Shown here: positions 52,185-63,800 of the stretch, one piece after another
How the letters are laid out: every line of letters starts with the position of its first letter
How positions within the stretch are numbered: position 1 is the first letter of the stretch
Assembly (NCBI RefSeq): GCF_009914755.1
Contig: NC_060937.1
Source of the DNA: the human T2T-CHM13v2.0 reference genome, Homo sapiens
Strand: one strand, 5' to 3'
Length of the DNA stretch: 64,000 bases
Translations under genes and position numbers: made by a program
Notes under the pieces: model-generated
Told to the model about the DNA's origin: nothing
The model's database searches: none
The model's input: the letters and a program-made list of their open reading frames with translations, nothing else

Positions 52185-52350
52185 GAAGCGCAACAGGAAA
52201 GGAGAGAAGAATGGCAAGGGCCTACGGCATTTCTCCATGAAGGTCTGCGAGAAGGTGCAGAGGAAAGGGACCACTTCCTACAACGAAGTGGCAGACGAGC
52301 TGGTTGCGGAGTTCAGTGCTGCCGACAACCACATCTTACCAAACGAGTCA
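52185..52350 (+). CDS. TFDP1: TFDP1 exon 6 (basic region and start of the winged-helix DNA-binding domain, [24 protein letters not shown]...PNES)
   Basis: ttttgaag|G ... TCA|gtaagt; 166 nt; DP-family [13 protein letters not shown] motif. Confidence 0.97.
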
Positions 52351-52616
52351 GTAAGTGTGTGCCGGGGGCCGAGAGGCTGGGGTGGCGGAGCCCAGCGGTG
52401 TGGTACGTTTCGCTCTTTTAATATCGGGAACAGTTAAAACCATACAGAAAATGCCAAGTACAGCATAAAAGAATTTTTACCAAACGAGTCAGTAAGTGTG
52501 TGCCGGGGCCGAGAGGCTGGGGTGGCGGAGCCCAGCGGTGTGGTACGTTTCGCTCTTTTAATATCGGGAACAGTTAAAACCATACAGAAAATGCCAAGTA
52601 CAGCATAAAAGAATTT
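52336..52616. repeat. 141/140-bp tandem duplication spanning the exon 6/intron 6 boundary
   Basis: TTACCAAACGAGTCA|GTAAGTGTGT...AAAGAATTT at 52336 and 52477; the copies differ by one G in a G-run. Confidence 0.96.
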
Positions 52617-52954
52617 TTCCGATCCATTTGCTGGCACGATGCTTTGTCAACTCCAGTGAGTGAGCACGTGGGCTGGCTCTGCACGTCTAGCGGCCCAGAA
52701 ATGCACAAATGCCCACCTCACCAGCTGGGCTCGACACCCGAGAGCCCCCGGCTCTCCTTCTGGAACACACTCAGGCTTCGCACAGCCCCGTCTTGCCCTG
52801 CGTCATCTGTGGGGTGGGAGCGCTCCCTGAGGGCATGTTGGGGTGGCGGCTCCGTGAGCGGGGTGCCCCTTTGAGCCAGTGCCCATGGTCTACAGTTTAA
52901 GGATCCACCGGCCTTTTTGGATCATTTGGAAACTCCACTCCCTGTCATCCCCAG

Positions 52955-53098
52955 GCTTATGACCAGAAAAACATAAGACGGCGCGTCTACGATGCCTTAA
53001 ACGTGCTAATGGCCATGAACATCATCTCCAAGGAGAAGAAGGAGATCAAGTGGATTGGTCTGCCCACCAACTCGGCTCAGGAATGTCAGAACTTAGAG
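52955..53098 (+). CDS. TFDP1: TFDP1 exon 7 (DEF box, [19 protein letters not shown])
   Basis: ccccag|GCT ... GAG|gtgccc; 144 nt; E2F/DP RRxYD DNA-recognition motif. Confidence 0.97.
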
Positions 53099-53598
53099 GT
53101 GCCCCTTCAGCCTTCCTTCAACCTTGATTTCCCTTCAAGTCCGTGTAGATGTTTTAGTCGTCGGTCACTCAGAAGGGTCTGGGCTCCGTGCCCTTATGCT
53201 CTCTGTGTCCGGCTGGCAGACGGTCATGCAGACGTCTCCCTGCGTTTCTCAGTCTTGGCTGTCAGGGGAGGGAGCATGGTTGGCCCAGACCCACTAGAGT
53301 CTGTTAAACTCTAGTGTAGGTTAATTCTGAATCCTAGTTTGTGGGATTTTTGTTTTCTTTTTAGATACCATAGTTAAATCCAAGAAATGAGAGGAAAGGG
53401 GAGAAGGTATAGTTTAGAAATGGAAAAAAAACTCACCTATATCTTGTAGCACCTGCTATGTCTAGATTTGTCCATATCCCTTCGATTACATTCTGGGTAA
53501 ACATAGGTAACACTGTGAGGATGTGAGGATGTGGGTTTTAAAAAACGCTCTGTGGAACAGTTGTGATGATTCTTCACATGGGTGGTTTGTTTTTGAAG

Positions 53599-53667
53599 GT
53601 GGAAAGACAGAGGAGACTTGAAAGAATAAAACAGAAACAGTCTCAACTTCAAGAACTTATTCTACAG
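53599..53667 (+). CDS. TFDP1: TFDP1 exon 8 (coiled coil VERQRRLERIKQKQSQLQELILQ)
   Basis: ttttgaag|GTG ... CAG|gtaaga; 69 nt. Confidence 0.96.
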
Positions 53668-53846
53668 GTAAGAGAATACGTATCTGTGGAGGCAGGGTAA
53701 TTTTTATTTTACTAATTTAGCTTTATAACGGCAACATACTGCCTTGGGTTACACTCCTGCATGGCAAATCAAATGACTGCTCTAAGATTCTGAGTGTGAG
53801 TTCATCTCATAGGTGTTGAACGTGGGCCTTATTCCCAGAGCGAGGT

Positions 53847-54020
53847 TGTGCACGTGCGTGTGCATGCATGTGTGTGTGTGCGTGCATGCATGCATGTGTG
53901 TGTGTGTGCATGTGCCTGTGTGCGTGCGTGCGTGTGCCTGTGTGCGTGTGCATGTGTGTGCGTGCATGTGCCTGTGTGCGTGTGTGTGTGTGCATGTGTG
54001 CATACATGTGTATGTGTGTA
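53847..54020. repeat. Alternating purine-pyrimidine (TG/CA/CG) tract
   Basis: Direct read; perfect alternation over 53847-53915. Confidence 0.93.
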
Positions 54021-55043
54021 TCTCTCGTCACAGCATCTAAATAGGCAAAAGACAGATGGAGGGATGACTTCATGCAAAAGCAACATTTGAAAAATCTCCT
54101 CAGAGGTGCTTAACCCAAGGCCCAGGTGCCAGGCAAGGCCTGTAAAACTGTGGTGGACACAGTGCACCTGGGTCTTGACAGTGCTGATCAGGGCCCTGGA
54201 GCTGGCCTTCCCCACCTCCCATTGAGTGCTGAGGGTGGGCGGCACCACTGGGGGCCCCGTGTCTGGTGTGGAGGGGGTTGTGTGCAAGGTGCTCACTGCA
54301 GAGCTGGCTGCTGCCCTGACCAAGGTGTGCTCGAGCCCTCCCAGAGGGGACGGTGTGGCAGCCGTGGTGATGGAGGCTCGTGGGCAGGAGCTCCTCAGGA
54401 CCCACAGAGTGTCAGGAGGGACAGTCCTGGTTGCCAGTGCCTTAGGACCTGCCAGGTGGGGATAGACCCAGGGTGGCCGGGAGAGGAAGGGAATCTCCTG
54501 GCTCTACATTAATAGCAAAGAAGGTCTCTCCAAGTGGAACACTTGGTTTGGGGCCCTGAGGCCCTGGCCCTGGATTCAGCCTTGCAGGGCCTATTCCCCC
54601 AGAGGAGCACCCCTGCAGCACATGGGCCCTTCTGCGTTCCACTTTCCAGGGTGGGCAAAGTCCACGGCACGGCACCCCCTCCAAGGCCATCACCCTGTAG
54701 GTGCCATGGTGGTAGGTGGTCTTAGAGGGGTGAAGGACAGCAAGGAATCGACTTCCAAAATTGGTGTTTTGTTGAGCGCCGTTGCCGTGGAGGACACTTT
54801 TATCAGGGCACGGATGGCTGTGCGCCCGCTTTCCCTTAGTTCTCCCCTCAGGATCCCGTTTCCTGAGCGCTTTTCTCCCTGGGCTGCAGAGGTCAGCACC
54901 CAGCGGCCGGCGCTGGCATTTCAGATGTCCAGGCCAACTCCTCGCTGTCACGTGGACGCAGGGAGGGCTGTGAGGACCCCTCGAGCACAGGGGCTGCGTT
55001 CTTGTGCCGCCACGGGCCACCTGGCTCCTCTTATTTTTTTTAG

Positions 55044-55195
55044 CAAATTGCCTTCAAGAACCTGGTGCAGAGAAACCGGCATGCGGAGCAGCAGGCCAGC
55101 CGGCCACCGCCACCCAACTCAGTCATCCACCTGCCCTTCATCATCGTCAACACCAGCAAGAAGACGGTCATCGACTGCAGCATCTCCAATGACAA
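55044..55195 (+). CDS. TFDP1: TFDP1 exon 9 ([11 protein letters not shown]...DCSISNDK)
   Basis: ttttttag|CAA ... GACAA|gtaggt; 152 nt. Confidence 0.96.
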
Positions 55196-55600
55196 GTAGG
55201 TTGTGGGCGGGGAGCTGTTCCCTGGTCACCCATCTCTTTTTTAGGGAGCCGACCCTGTTGGTATTGTCACTAGGACAAGTTTTAAATGTTGTACAAATAG
55301 CAAATGTTGCACAAATTGCTGTCCATTGGGGGGTGGTGGGAGGCTGCCGCCATGTGGCAGATGGAAGGTCTCTGTTCCGGGAGCGTGTGCCTTAGGGCAT
55401 GTCCTCCTGGGGAGAATAGGCCTCGATTTGCCTCTCATCTCATTTACTTCAGAGTTTATAAATTCTGTGAGGAGACACTGATGACTGGGAACCGGGAAGC
55501 TGTGTGTGGCGGTCAGCGGGTCAGCCGTCCTGGCTCCACCCCAGTGTGTACCGTCTCCGCTGGGAGACCCTGTCTTTCTGACTGTGCCTTTCCCCTTCAG

Positions 55601-55767
55601 ATTTGAGTATCTGTTTAATTTTGACAACACATTTGAAATCCACGATGACATAGAAGTGCTGAAGCGGATGGGCATGGCTTGCGGGCTGGAGTCGGGGAGC
55701 TGCTCTGCCGAAGACCTTAAAATGGCCAGAAGTCTGGTCCCCAAGGCTCTGGAGCCATACGTGACAG
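55601..55767 (+). CDS. TFDP1: TFDP1 exon 10 ([24 protein letters not shown]...PYVT)
   Basis: ccttcag|A ... ACAG|gtcagc; 167 nt; conserved DP domain. Confidence 0.96.
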
Positions 55768-56884
55768 GTCAGCAATGCCCAGACAACCTGGCGTGGCTGT
55801 GTGAGGAATGGCCCCCAGCCTCCGACGGTGCCCTCCCCTCCCGGCTCGGGATGTGTCTTGCTGAGATCAGGCCCACGTGTGTAGGGCCAGGAGCAAAGAC
55901 AAAGGGGCTGTGAGGGGGATGAGGGCAGGGGTGTGGCTGGGGTGGGGTCCAGCCAGTGCCGTGACCCACTGGATATGGGGGCCTTGAGTCCACAGGTGGC
56001 TCGTGTGGATTTCCTATGTGGTTTGTGTGAGGAGGTGCTAAGTCAGGATTTTACCCTCCAAGTAGGCCCAGAAGTAGAAGTTGAGATTCTTTGAGAAGTG
56101 CAGTTGGATTGCTGATCCCACCCACTGATGGTAGCTGATTGGTCACTAGGGCAAAGTCACCAAGAAAAAGCATTTCAGAGTCATTGGCGTCCTGCTCCGG
56201 AGGGCCGGGAGCACAGGAGCTTTTGTTGAAGGAGCTTTTTTTCTGTTCTGGTGAATTCTTTCCTTGGGGGCCGTAGGGTCCCAGCCACTGACAGCAGGAT
56301 GGCTTTAAGGTGAGAAATTGTGAAGGTGTCATATCTGCTGATCCTTCTCTTGTTAGCCTAAACTTGGGGTGTAGATTTATTCCCTGAGAGGGTCAGAGAT
56401 TCCTCCCTGAGCTCTTAGACTGCCCCAGATCTTGTGAAAATCTGGCTGGTCCATGTTGTCAGGTGACAGTGGGCTCTGGCCGCCCACGTGGGCTGGGCCC
56501 TGACCCCGGCCTCTGTCCCGTGCTTCATGGAGCTGCCAGGATGGGCTGTGGGAAGAGGGTTTCAGCTTGACACTTTGATTCGGTTCCGTTTCACGATGGG
56601 TATGATACTGAGGCAGCAGCACACGTGTGCCGTTTGTAAGTCAGTGTGTGCAGGTATTTATTGCAAGGCTGTTCTTGCCTTTTTAGAGAAGACAGGCTTA
56701 TGTGACTGCACAGCGGGATGTCCTGCTCCGTGGCGCAGTGTGGAAAATACTGGACAAGCGAAGGATATCCGGAAGCTTCTACAGCCGTCTGTCCTGTGGA
56801 ACTGCGCGTCATTTTGTTGGTTGCCTGTGCGTCTTGTGTTGTTTCTGTTTCATGACCATTCGCTTATTTTCTTTCCCTTTTCAG

Positions 56885-56963
56885 AAATGGCTCAGGGAAC
56901 TGTTGGAGGCGTGTTCATCACGACGGCAGGTTCCACGTCTAACGGCACAAGGTTCTCTGCCAG
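56885..56963 (+). CDS. TFDP1: TFDP1 exon 11 (EMAQGTVGG...TRFSAS)
   Basis: ccttttcag|AA ... CCAG|gtgaca; 79 nt. Confidence 0.94.
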
Positions 56964-57292
56964 GTGACAGTCGTTGAGGGTGTGGGAGAGGCGTCATCTG
57001 GGCCTCCCCCGGGGTCCAGGGGCCAAGGCAGGGCAGCCGTCTCAGGTGTGGCCATCAGGTCTGTGGCTGCTCTGACGTGGCTTGTCTGTCCAGGCAGTGG
57101 GGCCCCGCTGGCTTTCCCTGTGTGGAGAGCTGCTTTTCTTAGTTGGTTTCTGCTCACTAAAAACTGAAAGTAATACATGGTGGTTTTTTTTTCATAGTAT
57201 CACCTAATAAGTAAAGTAGGAATGAAAACCACCCAAATCCTCCTGTCCCCGGCAGCCCAAGTAACAGCAAGTATTTCCAGGTTTTTTTTGCC

Positions 57293-57665
57293 ATTTTTCA
57301 GAACGCGTCTGCGGTCACAGCGCACGTATTTTTCAGAACGCGTCTGCGGTCTGGGCGCAAGTAGTTTTCAGAACGTGTCTGCGATCACAGCACACATTTT
57401 TCAGAACGCATCTGCGGTCATGGTGCATGTGTTTTTCAGAATGCATCTATGGTCATAGCGCATGTATTTTTCAGAACGTCTGCCATCACGGCGCACGTGT
57501 TTTTCAGAACGCGTCTGCGGTCTCGGCGCACGTGCTGCGATCACAGTGCATGTATTTTTGCGAACGCGTCTGTGATTATGGTACACGTATTTTTCAGAAC
57601 GCGTCTGCAATCACAGCGCACGTATTTTTCAGAACGCGTCTGTGGTCACAGCACACATATTTTGT
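57293..57665. repeat. Intron 11 minisatellite, ~35-bp unit, ~10 copies
   Basis: TTTTTCAGAACGCGTCTGCGGTCACAGCGCACGTA. Confidence 0.94.
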
Positions 57666-58069
57666 TCCGTGCATTTTTCAGCTTACATTTTATTGTATGA
57701 ATATATATTGTTTCTATGCTATTAAAGGGCCTTTATTTAAATAAATTTGTATTTAATCTTTGACCTGCAATCCCACAGAGTAGAATGGTGTCCCTAGGTA
57801 TTGATCTTAGTGCTTCAAAGATAAATATAACTTTTATGGTAAATATTAACAAAACAATGATTTTATTAACTTTTATATTGCATTGTGATACAATATATAG
57901 TATTACTTTATATTAATCTTAAGTGTTAATAAAATCTTTAATTAGAAATACAAGAACTCAGTAACCTATGGGTCCGGGTAACAGGGCTCGACATAGTGAG
58001 TTTCAGTGTGCTTGAGCCTGCGTTGGGATGTGCTGTGGCCATGAGATGTAACAGGTGTGTCGGGCACGT

Positions 58070-58200
58070 GTAGCTTCCTGGCCAGCTCTGGAAGTGCAAA
58101 GCCAGCCTTGGCCTCCTCACCTGTAAGGTGAGACTGGTGATTGATGAGTTACTGATCTGTGGCAAGGATCAGTGAGGTGGTGATGGAAGAAAGGACTTTG
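58070..58200 (+). mobile_element. Probable MIR remnant
   Basis: CTCCTCACCTGTAAGGTGAG..AGGATCAGTGAGG resembles the MIR core (CCTCATCTGTAAAATGG..GAGGATTAAATGAG). Confidence 0.4.
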
Positions 58201-59186
58201 GTGACAAGCTTTTGACAGAGGCCGGTTCTCCTTCTGTTGTAGCTATGTGTGAACGTGTGGCGGTCAGTCTGTAAACATGTTTAATGCTGCTTCTTCCATG
58301 AGGTGGGATGTGGGTATTTTTAGGACTTTTATCATCACATAATCCTTTTTATGGATGTGATTCTTCAGACTTGTCAGTTTTTCATAACAATGGAAACAAA
58401 GCTATTACCATTTCTTACGAAATACCGATTTTCATAGTGGCATGATGAGACATTTTATACAAGTACCTCATGAAAGGACATCTAGGTAGTTCCCAGTTAG
58501 AATAAAAACTGCAGTGAGCAGCTTTACAGCTGAATTTCTCGCCATTTCTGACTTGTTTCCAAGATACAGAATTACTTCATCAAAAGGCACATTAACACAT
58601 TTTTATTGTAGTGTTAATAAATACCATTAAAATGTATTAAAATATGTACATATGGTTTTATGTTAATTGAAAACATCTTTAAACATTAGGAACGTAGTGA
58701 GCTCTGGTTGGTGGTAGGTTTTTGTGGTGCTGCCAGCCCTCTGGGTTCTCAGTCCCCGCTGCCAGATTCGACCCACGCTCTGGACTCCATCCTGTCCTGC
58801 CCCGGGCTCTCTTTTTTCCTGTTGCTGGTTATGAGTGAAAGTCCCGGAGGGAGGGATCTAATGGTTTTACAGTTTGTTCCCTCTGGGGCACTGCTCCTGA
58901 TGGAATGATGAGTGAGGGAGAGGCAGCGTGTGGCTCTGCTCAGCCTCCTGTTTCTGTCGTTATGGGTTCCAGGAGACAGGGCCAGAAGAGAACCAGACAG
59001 AGATGGAGTAAGTGCCAGAGCGTTGGCGTGCTGTAGTGCAGACACTCAGCCTCCCCGTTCTGTTTGTGTGACTGACAAAACCCACACCTGTGGGGCACAG
59101 CCTGTCATTTGACCACAAGCCCTGAGGCGGGGGGAGGCTGGGTGGGCCGCCTGCACTGACGGCGCCATCCGCCTCCTGCCTTGCAG

Positions 59187-59334
59187 TGACCTGACCAACG
59201 GTGCAGATGGGATGCTGGCCACAAGCTCCAATGGGTCTCAGTACAGCGGCTCCAGGGTGGAGACTCCGGTGTCCTACGTCGGGGAGGACGACGAGGAGGA
59301 CGATGACTTCAACGAGAATGACGAGGACGACTGA
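59187..59334 (+). CDS. TFDP1: TFDP1 exon 12 coding part (acidic C-terminal tail, stop TGA)
   Basis: cttgcag|TGAC ... GAC GAC TGA; 148 nt; total CDS 1233 nt. Confidence 0.96.
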
Positions 59335-60540
59335 CGTCCTCCCCACTTCAGATTCGGCTTCAGGAAAACGTTTAGCGAAAAGAAACTTTTTTTTTAATGT
59401 GGGTTTTCTGTTTCCTTTTGGCCTACTCCCAAGAAGATATTGGTAAGCTATTGAATTTAGATATGCACCTCTGATAAGCAAGGATTGTTTCCCGTAGGAT
59501 TAGGACGTGCTGTGGATGTGTGTTTTGATACCAGTGTGCTGATGCAGAGCGTTTATTTACTTGTTAGGATTTTGTGTTTTCATTTGCTATTTTTCTTTAA
59601 GTGCAGAGTTCATTTTTGCCCCTGAAAAGTTTTTGCTGAGTTTGCTGAAGAAATTGTATTTCAACCACATCCATGAAAATAAAACACCTCCTGTTGTGGA
59701 TGGTGAGCCCCTGATGCCGCTTATTTGCCGTGAGTTTGGACGGCACCCCTGCTGGCGGATAGCAAGACTCTGTGGAGTTTGTTCAGTGGTACGGTGTCCA
59801 AGCAAACAGCAGAATGCAACTTTCTAAACAGCCCCAAGCAAACAGCAGAATTCAACTTTTTAAACAATAAACACCATCAACCTTATTGACTTTATTGTCC
59901 CTTAAATTATATTGACTGTTGTGATTCCATCAAGTTTGTACACTCTTTTCTCTCCCTGTTTTGCAGCAACAAATTGCGAAGTGCTTTTGTTTGTTTGTTT
60001 TCGTTTGGTTAAAGCTTATTGCCATGCTGGTGCGGCTATGGAGACTGTCTGGAAGGCTTGGAATGGTTTATTGCTTATGGTAAAATTTGCCTGATTTCTT
60101 ACAGGCAGCGTTTGGAAACCTTTTATTATATAGTTGTTTACATACTTATAAGTCTATCATTTAAAGACATGTACTGAAACAAATGTATTTGTTTCATAAG
60201 CATCTTCCTGTAATCTATTATAAAATTGAAATTAAATATAGAGAATGTTTTAACAATTTTTTAACTCAAAATTTGTCAATCATTTTTAATAGTTCTTTTT
60301 TTATAAAAAGAAAAAGGAATTTAAGGACAGGCAGTAGTCTCTTTTAAAATTTATTCACAAAACCCATTAACTGCACAGTTGCTATTAGCTGCCTGTTCTA
60401 AAACGATAGTCTTTTTATTGAAACACAAATAAACTTTTCTGTAATATTTTATGGTATATAAAGAGACTTTAATTGTTTGACTTGTTTAACTTGGCACTGT
60501 TAGTTTTTATTAATAAAACGCGCATGGGCATTTTAAACAA
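59335..60540 (+). other. TFDP1: TFDP1 3'UTR (AT-rich)
   Basis: Follows the stop codon; several AATAAA hexamers; GU/U-rich sequence after 60540. Confidence 0.8.
60512..60517 (+). terminator. Distal polyadenylation signal AATAAA
   Basis: AATAAA followed ~25 nt later by GCTGTGTTTCTCT downstream element. Confidence 0.75.
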
Positions 60541-60889
60541 GCTGTGTTTCTCTAATTCAGGATTATTATCTAGAAATTTGTCTGTCTTGTTGGTTTTACT
60601 TTATACTTGAGTGAGAAAGTAGGTTGTTAGGCCCAGACGCGGTGGGCCCGGGTGGTCCCTGTGGGTGCAAACCCCACCACCACATGTTGTCTGAGGCACA
60701 TCCTCCGGGAGCCCACCCTGAAAAGGTGGAAGGTGGCCAAGGGTGGAGGTCTTGGTGGACACAGGGCAAAGAGGCACCTTCCTTTTCGGTGCCTGTGGTG
60801 CAGAGAAAGATAAGCCAAGTTCCTTGGCCTTTTTTCACAATGAAAATTGAGACAAAATTTAAAAGTTTGACTTTGAGAACAAGAATAAG

Positions 60890-63800
60890 ATTGAGAGGAT
60901 TCTGGGAAGATGGTGGAATAGGGAGCACCAGGAATCTGGCTGCCCAGGTAGATGTCTACCTCGCGGGCAGGATCTGCCTGATGCAGCTGTTCTGTAACTA
61001 CGGAATCTACTGAAGGCTTAAAGCTTTCAAGGGAGGCTTGGTCAGCACATTGCAGTTAATTTTGGTCCATTTCAGCTTTCTACCCCGACCTCTGTTCCTT
61101 CATTTTTCTCTTTCCCCTTTTGGGAGCCAGACATTGAAGACTAGGACGTATAAAAACAACTGTGTTGTATATATGGGGCTGCCCAGGGAGAGGCTCAGAA
61201 AAGACCCGAGAAGACCTTACGTTTACACCTCAGGCTGAACCATGGCACAGGTACAGCCTAGAGCTGTCAAAAAAGCAATAAACACAGCAATAACAAAAAT
61301 GGCAAATCCGGGGGAACAGGAGACTTCTTTTCAGAGTTGTACCACAGTAATAGATTCAGATGTCCAGTTTTCAACAAACAGTGACAAGGCATACCAAGAA
61401 ATGGCAAAGTATGGCCCATTTAAAGGGAAAAAAATAAAAACAAACTGTCCTTGAAAAGGATCTGTTGGCAGGTACACTAGACAAATACTTTTAAATAACT
61501 GTGTTAAAGATGCTCACGGAAGCCAAAGAACATGTGCAGAAAGTCAAGAGAATGAAAATAGAACCAAATGCAAGGATCATAATGAGGCAGACAACCTGAA
61601 AAACCAACAAGAAATTCTGTAGCTGAAAAGTACAGCAACTGAAATGAAAAATTCATCAGAGTGATTCAAAGGCAGAAGTAGCAAATTTGAAGACAGGACA
61701 GTGGAAATAACTGAGTCTGAGGAGCAAAAAGAGAAAAGATTGAAGTGAACAGAGCCTGTGGGCCCTGCAGGACACCATCAGGCTGACCAGTGCACATGTT
61801 GTGGGGTCTATGAAGGAGAAGAGAAAGAAAGGGGCAGAGAGAATATTTGAAGATAATAATGGCTGAAAACGCACCAAGTTTAATAAAAGACATGAATATA
61901 AACATCCAAGATGCACCATGAACTCCAAGGAAGATAAACTCAGAGATCCACACCGAGACACATTATAATTAAGCTTTCAAAAGACAGAGAAGACCTTGAA
62001 AGCAGCAGAGTAGGAGCAATTCATCACATACAAGGGGCCCCCAATAAAATTATCCACAGAGTTTTCCTCAGAAACTGGAGGCCACAAAGTAGTGGGCCAG
62101 TATATTCAAACTGCTAAAAGAAAAACAATAAACTACCAAGAATTCTACAACTGACAAAACTGTCCTTCAAAAGTGAGGGCGAAATTAAGACATTCCCAGA
62201 TAAACAAAAGCTGAGGAAGTGTGCTGCCACTAGACCTGCCCTGCAAGATGTGATCTTATATGCAGGAAATCTGAAAGAATCCACTTAGTTTCAGACACTA
62301 GAAAAAAATCTAAACCCATAGCAAGTAGAGGGAAAACAATTTAATAAAAATTAGAGCAGAGCTAAAATCAGAGAACAAAAACAAAGGAGAAAATCAAGAA
62401 ACCGAAAAGTGTGTTTAGATCAATAAAACCGACAAACCTTTAGTTAGGTATACTAAGAAAGATTGACATTACTAAAATCAGAAATGAAAATGGGGACATT
62501 TCTACTGGCTCTACAGAAATAAAAAGGATTATGAGAGAATAATAGGAACAATTGTGTGTCAACATATTTAAAAACCTAGATGAAATGGACAAATTCCTAG
62601 AGACAAAACCTACCCAGATTTAATAAAAATAAGTAAAAATCTGAATAGACCTTTGACTAGTAAGGAGATTGAATCAGTCCTTTAAAATCTCACTTTGGAC
62701 CTAGTGGCTTCCCTGGTGAATTCTGCGAAACATTTGAAGAATAACTACCAGTCCTCAAGCTTTTCTAAAAAATGGAAGAGGTGGGAATACATTCTGATTC
62801 TGTGAAGCCACCATTACTACCCTGATATCAAAGCCAAAGACACCACAAGCACAAAATACCAACATGCCTGAGGAGCACTGATGCAGAAATCCTCAACAAA
62901 ATACTGGCAGCGTATTTCAAAGATCATGCAACGTAAATGCTAGCAGCGTATTTAGAAGATTGCACACCATGACCTAGGGATTTATTTTTAGAATGCAAAG
63001 ATATTTTGACATAACAAAATTGATCATTGTAATGCACACATAAACGGAATGAAAGAAAAAATCATGATCATCTCAATGTTTTATTAACAGCTTTTTTTTT
63101 TTTTAAATTAGGGATGGAGTCTTGCTCTGTCACCCAGGGTGGAGTGCAGTGGCGTGATCATAGCTCACTGCAGTCTAAAACTCCTGGGCTCAAGCTCCCA
63201 CCTTATGCTCCCAAGTAACTAGAACTACAGGTGTGTGCCACAATGCCAGGCTAATTTTTTGATTTTGCACAGATAGGGTCTCTGTGTTGCCCAGGCTGGT
63301 TTTGAACTCCTGGCTCAAGTGATCGTCCCACCTTGGCCCCCCAAAGTGCTTGAATTACAGGTGTGAGCCACTGCGTTCAGCTGTAGTCATTGCAAGTGAT
63401 GTACAAAAAGTATTTTATAAAATTCAACATCTTGTTATGGCAAAAAGAACAAACTAGGAATAGAAGGAAACTACTTCAGTATAGTTAATGCCGTATATGA
63501 AAAACTCAAAGAGAACAAACATCAAGGTGAAAGACTGAAAGTTTTTCCTCTAAGATAAGGAACAAGGCAGAGATGGCCACCCTGGCCTTTTCTATTCAAC
63601 ATAGTACTGGAAGTTCTAGTGAAGCAGTTATGTGAGAAAAATAAATACAAGGCATTCGTATTTGAAAGGAAGAAGTAAAGCTATCTCCATTTGTTGATGT
63701 GATCTTATATGCAGGAAATCTGAAAGAATCCACTAAAAAACAGAACTAATAAGGTTACAGGTTGTAAAGTAAACAGGAAAATCACTTGTGTTTCTGTACA

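Noticed and set aside
54622-55395. 257-aa ORF overlapping exon 9
   Set aside because: Different frame from TFDP1 exon 9, runs across both splice sites, no recognisable homology.
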